From positions 1-30,486 of IMG/VR virus record IMGVR_UViG_3300049455_000065: a stretch of DNA of 30,486 nucleotides; one strand, 5' to 3'. This stretch comes from a virus. Lineage: Duplodnaviria > Caudoviricetes. The notes beneath the pieces were generated by a model. That model was not told where the DNA came from, searched no databases, and was given only the letters and a program-made list of their open reading frames with translations. Below are positions 1 to 8,469 of this stretch, one piece after another (within the stretch, counting starts at the first letter, position 1; each line of letters starts with the position of its first letter). The position numbers and the translations under genes were made by a program.

Positions 1-158
1 ACGGGATTGGCGTTGGTTGTGTTTTTGCTTTCCTCAGAGGGTTGCTCGCCGTTGCTGGATGGGGTAGATACTGTTATCGGGATTTCTGTTGCAGGTGTCT
101 GCGGTATTCCGCTGGAAGATTCCACTGTGGTATTTGGGTCAGGGTTTGTATTCGACAT
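1..158 (-). CDS. 5' end of an ORF running off the left edge (MSNTNPDPNTTVESSSGIPQTPATE...), function unknown
   Basis: ATG at 158 with GGAGAGAGG upstream; open to base 1; Ser/Thr/Pro/Asn-rich. Confidence 0.55.
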   Translation of the reverse strand, partial: MSNTNPDPNTTVESSSGIPQTPATEIPITVSTPSSNGEQPSEESKNTTNANP

Positions 159-387
159 GGGTATGTGAGATCCTCTCTCCACAGATCACTCTGCGGCTCT
201 GTTTATTGTCATTAACTGCCAGCATTGAAAAAGATTGCTGCCCATCGCCGATTCGTTAGGTCTGGATGTCTAGCTAATAGATCGTACCTGGATTATATCT
301 TAAACGATAGACGACGGGAAGCAGTTTTTTTTGAGGATGAGTTTTAAGCTACAGCTATTACTCACCTCCTGGTTGACGCTCTCCTTT

Positions 388-750
388 CTACATATAGAAG
401 TCCCAGTCATCTCCCATAAGTCGCTGTATCTCCGCAGTCTCATACGGCCACCAGGAAGCATACCAATCATCGTCATCCCAGTAGGCGATAATAGAGCCGC
501 GTGCCTCTTCACAGGCGAGGTTACGTTTTAGTCCAATACTTTGTCGCCCAGGCGAACGTATGTAGCGGATACGCTCATCAGCAGGTACAAGGTCACCCAC
601 TGCATCATCACCATCGTCAACAATGATCAGTTCCTTGTTCGGATAGTTCTGGTGCAGGGAGTAAAAAATGGCCTGTGGCACAAACGAGCGACGGTTGTAG
701 GTCGGCATGATACAGGAGATGAGGGGCAGTACATCGATAGGTAGTGCCAT
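388..750 (-). pseudogene. Truncated family-2 glycosyltransferase (N-terminal nucleotide-binding half only), 120 aa
   Basis: ISCIMPTYNR, Q.YPNKELIIVDDG, RIRYIR, IG.KRN, ARG..IAYWDDDDWY, then a stop about 20 codons later. A full GT-A fold needs roughly twice this length. Confidence 0.7.
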
Positions 751-759
751 ATAGAGCTT

Positions 760-1206
760 TTAGGAAGTTTGCCTATCAATGTAACCTATCCTTTTCTTTA
801 GCCAATCAACTGCTGTTCCAGCCGCAATAAGAAAGTTGTGATGGTTAAAACATATCAGATAATCAGTTGTAGCATTTGTTAGGTAAAATTCGAAACCAGT
901 ACATTCCGAAAGAACCGGAACAAGCTGTGAGCCATCGTCAAATTTAAAAATGGCGATTTCATCCTGTTTATTAAAGAACATTAATACCTCGGCGTTCATA
1001 ACGAAATCACTGACCCAACGCCAAGCGTCAGGATTTTGAACCGCAACTTTGTCTGTCAAACCTTCCCATATCCATCTTGGCTTATCATGAACGAATTTCA
1101 GAAATATCTGTCTTCTGATTTCCTGTTGTTCTTCTGGTGCCAACTCAGAAATTGAAGCATTCGTTAGTTTTGTTACTTCAATAATTTCATTGCGGATGTA
1201 GCCCAT
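760..1206 (-). CDS. Putative cognate immunity protein (DUF6756-like), 148 aa
   Basis: Small, visibly AT-rich gene 20 nt after the toxin stop, with its own RBS (AGGAG). Motifs W.WE and FEFYL....DYLICFNHHNFLI. Confidence 0.68.
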   Translation of the reverse strand: MGYIRNEIIEVTKLTNASISELAPEEQQEIRRQIFLKFVHDKPRWIWEGLTDKVAVQNPDAWRWVSDFVMNAEVLMFFNKQDEIAIFKFDDGSQLVPVLSECTGFEFYLTNATTDYLICFNHHNFLIAAGTAVDWLKKRIGYIDRQTS

Positions 1207-1226
1207 AATTCTAATCTCCTACTCTC

Positions 1227-4200
1227 TTATCTATTGTAAGGCACATCATCAAGGAGGATATGGCCCCTTTTAGCTCCTCCCTTGCCCCTCTTGCCCGGTG
1301 TTTGCCAACCAACATGGGCTACATCGGGACCTTCTTTTTCATGTGGGAAGTCAATACTTACCTCAGCGCCGTCAGGTGATTGATATTCCACAGCATGAGA
1401 TTTACCCAATCTGTCTTTACCATATTTGGTGATCTTAAAATTAACTTTCGGAACACCTGTTTTCTGGAAGGCTAATTCCAATGCTTCTTCAAGGGTTTTA
1501 CCAGTACCCTGCCACCGAATATTCTCAGTGGATCCCTCTGGCTCATATCTCACTGGTATAGCGAAGTCTCTACCAATAGCAGTAAGCATAGCACTCAGTT
1601 CATTCAGGCCCTCACTGAAAATCTCTTTACGCTTATCTTTGGGAGCCTTCTTCACCTCGGATATAATCACTATTTTCCTTTTTAGAATCTCTCCGAACCG
1701 ACCGTCCAATTCCTCAGCTCGCTCTCCAGAATCGATGTCACGGAAGTGCTGTACATACTCTTTACGCAATCTATCGATTTTTTTGTCGAGATCATCGAAA
1801 CCATCACTGGCCATGAGTATAACAATATGCTCACCCTCTACGTGACCTCTTAAGGTATGGGGGTCTTGTCCAAGCTTCGCAGATTTATCTATATCTCCCT
1901 CCGGAGTACTTACAGCCTCACTTGGTTTTTCCTTATCGCCGTTTTTCCCCTTCCCAAACAACTTCCCAATGCCCTTCACAACTTTATCAATCAGCTTATC
2001 CACCGCCTTATCCACCGTATCCTGAATCTTCTTGATCGTCTCCTTGATTTTCTCCGCAATGCCTGTCAGATGTAGGAAGCGGACAAAGAATCGAATCATG
2101 ATCTTGATAGCTTTAGCCAGGGCATTTTCTATCGAGCTGGCAGCGCCGCTGATATCGCCAGTAGCAATCTTATATACCGAATTGATGATGGATTCTACTA
2201 AGTCCAATATATCATTGATACGCTCGATGAAGAACATCACTGTATCGTAGATTGCCATGATCGCCCCGATGATCGCTCCCACCGGATTAAACATGAGAAC
2301 GAGCTTTTTGATAGCCGCTCTGATGATTCCCTCAACCACCCAGTCCAGGATGGCCTTGATAATCATCTCTTTGAGGTTGCCAAGGAACTCTTTGATCTGC
2401 TCCCACATTGCAGCAGGACCACCCTTGATAAGTGCTGAGATGAATTGCCAGGCTTTTTCAAGCAGCGCGACGTTGCGTTCGCCGATGAGTTTGACGGCTT
2501 TGGCACGGATACGATCATAGGTTAGCCCAAGGACTTGTAGTACCAGTTTTAGAATCGAGCCAAGCGAGAAATCGGAGGGAATCTCAATCCCTGCCTCTCC
2601 CAGTGAGCCAAAGAGCCAGTCCATCAGGCCTTTTTCTAGATGCTTCAGGATGTTGCGTGAGAACTGTAGTACGCCCTGTTTGATTGCGTCGATGAGGTAT
2701 CCCAAGAATCTAATCGGGTGGGCCACGATCAGCATGATCGTGTCTTTGCCCTTCTTGATCATGGATGAGATACGCTCTTTGAACTCGCGCAGGATCTTGA
2801 TTATCTCGCCAAGCTTTTCTATGAATTTAGTAACAAGGCCCTTGTTCTCCTCCTGCATCTTCTTGAGTTGCTCATTCGCCTTGTCGGTTGCCTCTTTGTA
2901 GCGTTGCGCCAGTTTCTGGGCCAGGGCATTTTTCTTTTCATCTATCCCCTTGCTCAGTTCCTCAAAGCGACCGGCAACCTCTTTTTCCGCCGCTTTACCC
3001 ACCGCTTGCAGATCTTTGGGGAGGCTCTTCACATAGTCACTGATACGCGTTTGCCCCTTCGCGATCTCGTCTTTGGCCTCTTTCAGACGTGTCTCGACAA
3101 CTTTGGCTATGTTGACTACAAGCGTATCGAGTTCCTCCGTGAAGATTTTACGACCATTTTCGTAAAACACATTCACCTCGTCAGGCATACCAAAGAGCTT
3201 ATCGCTCGCCCATAACAATCCACCATCCCAGCCACCGTAGCGGTCGTCCTTGTAGGCATCCATCTTCTGGTCGATGTAACTCTTCATTTTCGTCATGGCG
3301 TCTTCGATGCCTTTGTCGAACATGCTTGATACATCGTTCTCCAGGCTTGCGAGCTTGGTTTCGACTGTCTGTTTGGTCTCGCTATAGATTTTTTCGATGG
3401 TGTCGGTAACTTCTTTGCGACGAGCCTCATCCTTTTGTTTGGCGGTGAGTTGCTTTAGTTTAACCGCTGGCCCGGCCTTGCCCTTCTCATGCTGCAATGC
3501 GGTCAATCCCTGCTTCTCATCGCTTACTGCCCTGGCGGCTTCCTGTGCGAGTGTCTTTTGTTCTGTACTCCTAAACTCTTTGGGAGCGCTATCCGCTTGC
3601 TTTGCGACGGAGGACTTCGCTGTGAGAACTGCACTGAAACGTGGGTCATTGGCCTCCTGCAATTGGCCAGGTGTCACTTCTGCATCTGTGAGTTGTTGAT
3701 CAGTATCCTGCTTGCTTTGTTGTAATGAGACTTCGCTCTCAAGCTTTGGCTCTGGTACTGCCTCTGCTGCTCCTACTGCCGGGGGAGTTGGGGGCACGTC
3801 TTCGGTTGGGAGCGGCGTGACTGCTTTCCCTTCAACTTTGCCTGGATCAGGTGCCTGACTGGATGCCGTCTTGATCTCGCCACTGGCATCTTCTTTCTGT
3901 TGGTTGACATTGCCAGTCATAGTACCTTTGAGCGTTTGTGGCTGATCGCCCTGCATAAAGTTTTCAGTGTCGCCGAGAGTTTTGGGCATGATCTTGGCGA
4001 TTTCGGCGCGTAGCAGAGTGAGAAAACTATCGGCTTCCGGCTTTTTGCCCTTCGCCGATTGCATGGTGTCTACTTGATTGGCCTGTGCGCCTGCCAGCTT
4101 TTCGTTAGCTGGTGGCAATGCGGCTGCCTGTGCCTCTGCGGCTTTGCGTTGGGGGGAGGGATGCCGTTTGGTTTGGACGGCGCTTTGTTGCAGTTTGCCC

Positions 4201-4517
4201 ATCACCTTCTGGAAGCGCGGGTCCTTTGCCGCCTTGGGATCTTTCAATGTAATGGCTGGTCCGGCTGATGAGGAGGCCAGTAAGGATGGGGGCATTTGGA
4301 CGCGGGTTGGGGCAACGGCTGCCCCAGAGGCTCGTGCGGGTCCTGGACTCCTTCGCGCTGCTTGGGACGATCGGATCGGTGATCCTGGACTCCTGCGTAC
4401 TGCATGGGGCAATCGGGCAGTGGCACGCGCTGGCCCTGGACTCCCTGGTGTCGCCTGAGACGGTCGAGCCGTGGAGGCGGTAGGAGCCGGGCGAGTGCGC
4501 GGCGCAGTCATTGCCAT
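1227..4517 (-). CDS. Polymorphic toxin / CIS effector with probable nuclease tip (Ntox47-like), 1096 aa
   Basis: GGGAGG RBS. Low-complexity N-terminus, long helical/coiled-coil middle, hydrophobic helix (LVLMFNPVGAIIGAIMAIY), and a ~100-aa tip WQGTGKT..AF.KTGVPK..F.ITKYGKD..GKS..VEY...GAEV.ID..H..GPD..HVGWQTPGK..GHILLDDVPYNR recalled as polymorphic toxin type 47. Confidence 0.78.
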   Translation of the reverse strand: MAMTAPRTRPAPTASTARPSQATPGSPGPARATARLPHAVRRSPGSPIRSSQAARRSPGPARASGAAVAPTRVQMPPSLLASSSAGPAITLKDPKAAKDPRFQKVMGKLQQSAVQTKRHPSPQRKAAEAQAAALPPANEKLAGAQANQVDTMQSAKGKKPEADSFLTLLRAEIAKIMPKTLGDTENFMQGDQPQTLKGTMTGNVNQQKEDASGEIKTASSQAPDPGKVEGKAVTPLPTEDVPPTPPAVGAAEAVPEPKLESEVSLQQSKQDTDQQLTDAEVTPGQLQEANDPRFSAVLTAKSSVAKQADSAPKEFRSTEQKTLAQEAARAVSDEKQGLTALQHEKGKAGPAVKLKQLTAKQKDEARRKEVTDTIEKIYSETKQTVETKLASLENDVSSMFDKGIEDAMTKMKSYIDQKMDAYKDDRYGGWDGGLLWASDKLFGMPDEVNVFYENGRKIFTEELDTLVVNIAKVVETRLKEAKDEIAKGQTRISDYVKSLPKDLQAVGKAAEKEVAGRFEELSKGIDEKKNALAQKLAQRYKEATDKANEQLKKMQEENKGLVTKFIEKLGEIIKILREFKERISSMIKKGKDTIMLIVAHPIRFLGYLIDAIKQGVLQFSRNILKHLEKGLMDWLFGSLGEAGIEIPSDFSLGSILKLVLQVLGLTYDRIRAKAVKLIGERNVALLEKAWQFISALIKGGPAAMWEQIKEFLGNLKEMIIKAILDWVVEGIIRAAIKKLVLMFNPVGAIIGAIMAIYDTVMFFIERINDILDLVESIINSVYKIATGDISGAASSIENALAKAIKIMIRFFVRFLHLTGIAEKIKETIKKIQDTVDKAVDKLIDKVVKGIGKLFGKGKNGDKEKPSEAVSTPEGDIDKSAKLGQDPHTLRGHVEGEHIVILMASDGFDDLDKKIDRLRKEYVQHFRDIDSGERAEELDGRFGEILKRKIVIISEVKKAPKDKRKEIFSEGLNELSAMLTAIGRDFAIPVRYEPEGSTENIRWQGTGKTLEEALELAFQKTGVPKVNFKITKYGKDRLGKSHAVEYQSPDGAEVSIDFPHEKEGPDVAHVGWQTPGKRGKGGAKRGHILLDDVPYNR

Positions 4518-4523
4518 TGCGTT

Positions 4524-6629
4524 TTACCTCCCGCTGCCGTTCAATGTTGCCGTATAGTTGTGGCGCAGTGGGCAGATGCCACCCAGTTTGCGATATTCGC
4601 GCTGAACCGCTTCTTCGAGATGCTGGGAGGTCATTATTCCTTCGTCATGAAGTGACAAGAGAGATGCATGCAGAACGGCATTGCGAATTTGTCCACCAGT
4701 GAGTATGCACCTTGCAGCAACCTCTCTGAGCAACGCTGGTTCAATGCTGTGCTGTTTCGGCAAATGGAGTTGCCAGATGGCCCAACGTTCAGTCGCTTCC
4801 GGTGGGCGAAATTCAACCACAATATCCATTCGGCGCTGGAAGGCGCTATCGATGCGGTCGTTGGCATTGGTGGTAACGATCAGGATACCCTCAAATTCTT
4901 CCAGGCGTTGGAGTAAGTAGTTCGTCTCCAGATTGGCATAGCGATCATTCGAGGTTTGCACATTGGTACGCTGAGTCAGTAATGCATCTCCCTCATCAAG
5001 CAGCAGAATGACATCCATCTCTTCAGCACGCGCAAAGATCTGGTTGAGGCTCTTCTCTGTCTCGCCGATGTATTTATTGATGACAGATGAAAGATCTAGC
5101 TTATACATGTCCATTTGGAGTACTGAGGCGAGCAGACGGGCGGCCAGGGTCTTGCCTGTACCACTTGGCCCACTTAGAAGAGCGCGTACACCTTTATTGA
5201 GTTGTATGCTGAGTGCAGCACCAACGGCAGTATGCAAGTGTTCGCGATAGCGGCACCTCTCTTCAAGATGCGAGAGTTCGCGTAACGTCTCTGCGTTGAC
5301 CGCGAGCAAAGACCAATCGCCTGTAGTTTTTACGTGCGTGGCAAGGGTTTCAAGTACCTGCCGATTGAGAGAGCGACTGGCTTGTTGTACATCCTGTAAT
5401 GTGACGGTGGTATGTCCCGCTAAACTCGCGTAGGATTGTGCAAGATGTGCCACACGTCGAATATTGCCGCTCGTCAAACACAGGCGTTCGCTGATCTCTG
5501 CTAGATCTGAAGAAGCATGAGTGCATAGGCTGTGTTGCCAGTGATGACGACGTGCTGCAATCGTTGGCATATCAATGGTTAGAGTCAACATGCGTTCGGT
5601 TCCTGGACCATGCACGCCACCTTGCTTGCCCAAAATAAGTCCAAGCGGCCCCATATATCCGTGCAAAGTTGGTAAGTCCAGGGTTTCGCCTGGGGCAAGG
5701 TCGAGCACAATGACTGGGAGGGCATGGAGTATGGTGGAGAGAGGTCCTATGAACCGCCAACGCTCGTCATCGCTCTTACTTAATCCAACCACTTCTAGTA
5801 AACCACGCTCAAGCTTGTAAGCAATAGCCCCCAGAATAGTACGTCTCCCATTATGCAGTGGACCACGTAGAGCAAGAGCCTGGACTTCACCGTTTGCTAG
5901 TAATGGTGGTAACGTAGTGCATGCATGCTGGACGGTCTCATCGATTACCAATGCTTCGATAGGCAATAATTGTGCAGGTGGACGATAACGCAGCCATGAC
6001 TCCTGCACCCGTGGCGTGTCCTCACGCAGGACATCCCAGAGTAGACCCGGAATCTGTAATGCCCACTCGATACGCGGGCTGTCAGGATTGACAACGGAGA
6101 CGAGGCCCAAGTCTTGCAATTGGTGCAACATAGCGCGTATGTTTGTGCAGTCGGCAGGTTCACGCCACCACGCATGTAGCAGACCAAGCGTTGGGCGGTG
6201 CTGACCCACCAGTCCATGTACAGCTTCAAACAGCAGGCCAAAGCGTGCGTCCTCTTCACTCAATCCAATACTCATAAGCAAAACGAGCGATGTATAATCA
6301 AGTTCAGCTCTATCGCATAAGGCACGTAGCGGGAGATGAGTTGTGATATCTTTTTCCCAGCCACATACCGCGTCACGCCAATCTTGCTCTGCATCCATCT
6401 GGTCTGTTCCCTCCAGACCATAGCTCATCAGTTCATTATGGTAGGCGATGAGGAACGGAAACTGCTCGAAGAGGGCTTCTTGCGTCTCGAAAGATTGCGC
6501 GACCTGCTCCAGTAGGTGCAATACAGCTGCATAGAAATAGAGCTTAAAGTGCTCTGCCGCTGTCATTGGAAGTTGTGCAAATGGATTTTCTTGCAAAACG
6601 TATTGCTCCTGTGTTAGAAGAATGTTCAA
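4524..6629 (-). CDS. AAA+ ATPase (Afp15-like), 701 aa
   Basis: Walker A GPSGTGKT, Walker B ILLLDEGD, DLSSVINKYIGETEK, DRYANLETNYLLQRLE, IDSAFQRR, LTGGQIRN. A degenerate first AAA module (GPLHNGRRT) lies upstream. The TTG start is uncertain. Confidence 0.95.
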   Translation of the reverse strand: MNILLTQEQYVLQENPFAQLPMTAAEHFKLYFYAAVLHLLEQVAQSFETQEALFEQFPFLIAYHNELMSYGLEGTDQMDAEQDWRDAVCGWEKDITTHLPLRALCDRAELDYTSLVLLMSIGLSEEDARFGLLFEAVHGLVGQHRPTLGLLHAWWREPADCTNIRAMLHQLQDLGLVSVVNPDSPRIEWALQIPGLLWDVLREDTPRVQESWLRYRPPAQLLPIEALVIDETVQHACTTLPPLLANGEVQALALRGPLHNGRRTILGAIAYKLERGLLEVVGLSKSDDERWRFIGPLSTILHALPVIVLDLAPGETLDLPTLHGYMGPLGLILGKQGGVHGPGTERMLTLTIDMPTIAARRHHWQHSLCTHASSDLAEISERLCLTSGNIRRVAHLAQSYASLAGHTTVTLQDVQQASRSLNRQVLETLATHVKTTGDWSLLAVNAETLRELSHLEERCRYREHLHTAVGAALSIQLNKGVRALLSGPSGTGKTLAARLLASVLQMDMYKLDLSSVINKYIGETEKSLNQIFARAEEMDVILLLDEGDALLTQRTNVQTSNDRYANLETNYLLQRLEEFEGILIVTTNANDRIDSAFQRRMDIVVEFRPPEATERWAIWQLHLPKQHSIEPALLREVAARCILTGGQIRNAVLHASLLSLHDEGIMTSQHLEEAVQREYRKLGGICPLRHNYTATLNGSGR

Positions 6630-8449
6630 GAAAAATAGAACGAAATAAAGCGTCCTGCGGCTGGCACCCAGCCAGGATTCCGGTCAAGTCCTGCCAGGCG
6701 AATTTCAATGGGCAACGTGTTCAATGAGAAAAAAACATCGAGATGCGTTGCTGTCAGCCGTACATGTGCATCATGAATGACCAACATTGGAGCAATCTGT
6801 TCTTTTGCGTCCAAGTTGAGTGCACGCTGTAAACGTGCACAGATAGAGGGCATGAGCCAGTTGAGCCAACTTTGAAATGGCTCTTCTCCATGTTCAAATT
6901 TTTTCTCTGTAGCCCATTCCTCTTCGTCCCCGCTGAACTGTTTTAACCATTCCGGAGGTATCTGCCATATATCAGGTGGCGTGAAGTCTTTTCCAGGAGC
7001 ATCTTGTACATCGCGCTCTGCCAGTTGCGCGAGTAAAGGCCAGATTGGGTCTTGCTTGATAGCTTCTCCAATAAGCTCCAGGCCAAGCAAGGCGATAAAA
7101 TCCCAGATAGGTAGCTCAATGCCTACGTTCATTGGAGAGGTAAAGTCGTTATAAAGATTGAGAAAGAGTGCAAGATTGATGAGATAGAACAGGCCACCAA
7201 AGACTGTATCGATGTGTATCTCTGGTGGGGTTTCATCTATAGCCGGTGTGCCTTGCGCCACAGGTGGGCTTGCCCCTGCCTTCCATTCTCCGCCTTCTCC
7301 TGTCTTCCCTTGCCCAACAAGAATGGAAGGCTCATCCTCAGGGGATGGACCGGCGCGAGGCACGATCCCTACGGCCGCTGCCTTCCATTCTCCGCCTTCT
7401 CCTGTCTTCCCTTGCCCAACAAGAATGGAGCGTTCATCCCTCTCTGTCGAGGTTTCATCTGTAGGTCCGAAGAAAGGGGCCGTAGGGATCGTGCCTCGCG
7501 CCGGTCCATCCCCTACAATGATGGGACGCCCATCCCTGGCTGGCAAAGGTGCCTGATCGTCAGCAATAGCTGTCAGTGCTGTGCGTTGCCAACGCTGTAC
7601 GGCCTGAGCAAAGGATTGTGTGCGTAGCCTCATTGGGGCACGTTGTAGCATCAAGCCAATTCCCAGCAGGCATTGTTGATCACTGTAGGGGAACAATTCA
7701 TTATACCCGCCTTCTGGTACAATATGTTGCCAGGGCGCAACCATTTGGGTATCATCCTGCTCCCCTTTGCCGTAGCGGCGGGCTTGCTCCGCCTTCCGAT
7801 TACCTTTCAGAACAAGATCTGTATCGTTTTCAGAATTAGAGAGAGCTTGATGGAGTGCAGATAATGAAAATGTATGGATGATTTTTCGTAGTAGGAGACG
7901 AGCATTATCATGGCTTAATGAACGTACAAAAGGAATTGCCAGACTACGAACAGCTAAATATTGTAAAGCAGCGGGGGCATATATGGGAGAGTCGAGCCAT
8001 GTTGGAAGGAGCATGGACGTAACATCACTGGTCTTAAACAAGCTTTTCCACCACCAGCGAGTGGGAAGGAGTCCTTCATACCAATCGGTGGTCATACATG
8101 CGAGCAGTTCGGCAGTATCGTTGAAGACAATAGCCTCACTGTTGGCAGGAACCGGACCGAGGATAGGACGGGCTGCATGCCGTATCATCTCTTCTAAAAC
8201 GGTATTGATAGATTGCTCCCAAGCATGGGGAGGACGACCCCCCCCATGCAGTAGGGATAATGACACATGACGCGGAGCACGCAGTGTCCGAATACAGACA
8301 ATAGCGGACGGGGCGAGTCCTGCAGGCTGAATATCAGTCGCATGCAAAAGATTCGCCATATGGATCTGTGTCAAAGTAGGGTCAAGACCCACGCCTTTAA
8401 CACGCGTAAGCCGTACTACTGTTGTGTTTGCTTGCCAGAGCGTCGTCAT
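6626..8449 (-). CDS. CIS-associated protein in the Afp14 (tape-measure) position, about 607 aa
   Basis: Immediately upstream of the ATPase (TTGA overlap). Conserved-looking motifs GGLFYLINL and HLDVFF.L..LPIEIRLAGLDRNPGWVP..GRFI.F.F flank a low-complexity middle. Start placed at ATG 8449 (GAAGGA upstream). The tape-measure role is inferred from synteny. Confidence 0.6.
   Translation of the reverse strand: MTTLWQANTTVVRLTRVKGVGLDPTLTQIHMANLLHATDIQPAGLAPSAIVCIRTLRAPRHVSLSLLHGGGRPPHAWEQSINTVLEEMIRHAARPILGPVPANSEAIVFNDTAELLACMTTDWYEGLLPTRWWWKSLFKTSDVTSMLLPTWLDSPIYAPAALQYLAVRSLAIPFVRSLSHDNARLLLRKIIHTFSLSALHQALSNSENDTDLVLKGNRKAEQARRYGKGEQDDTQMVAPWQHIVPEGGYNELFPYSDQQCLLGIGLMLQRAPMRLRTQSFAQAVQRWQRTALTAIADDQAPLPARDGRPIIVGDGPARGTIPTAPFFGPTDETSTERDERSILVGQGKTGEGGEWKAAAVGIVPRAGPSPEDEPSILVGQGKTGEGGEWKAGASPPVAQGTPAIDETPPEIHIDTVFGGLFYLINLALFLNLYNDFTSPMNVGIELPIWDFIALLGLELIGEAIKQDPIWPLLAQLAERDVQDAPGKDFTPPDIWQIPPEWLKQFSGDEEEWATEKKFEHGEEPFQSWLNWLMPSICARLQRALNLDAKEQIAPMLVIHDAHVRLTATHLDVFFSLNTLPIEIRLAGLDRNPGWVPAAGRFISFYFS
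7276..7429. repeat. 52-bp perfect direct repeat (7276-7327 and 7378-7429), 102-bp period, in frame
   Basis: ctgccttccattctccgccttctcctgtcttcccttgcccaacaagaatgga occurs twice and encodes SILVGQGKTGEGGEWKA twice. Confidence 0.95.
7340..7514. repeat. 37-bp perfect inverted repeat (7340-7376 / 7478-7514), GTAG-REP-like
   Basis: aggggatggaccggcgcgaggcacgatccctacggcc and its exact reverse complement. The unit begins GTAGGG followed by an imperfect GC-rich palindrome. Confidence 0.9.
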
Positions 8450-8469
8450 GCACATCCTTCTCTCAACCA

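Noticed and set aside
300-512. 70-aa ORF as a frameshifted continuation of the GT2
   Set aside because: Its translation shows no recognisable GT-A C-terminal motifs.
7276-7514. Possible CRISPR array
   Set aside because: Only two direct copies of 52 bp, in frame within a CDS, and no cas genes.
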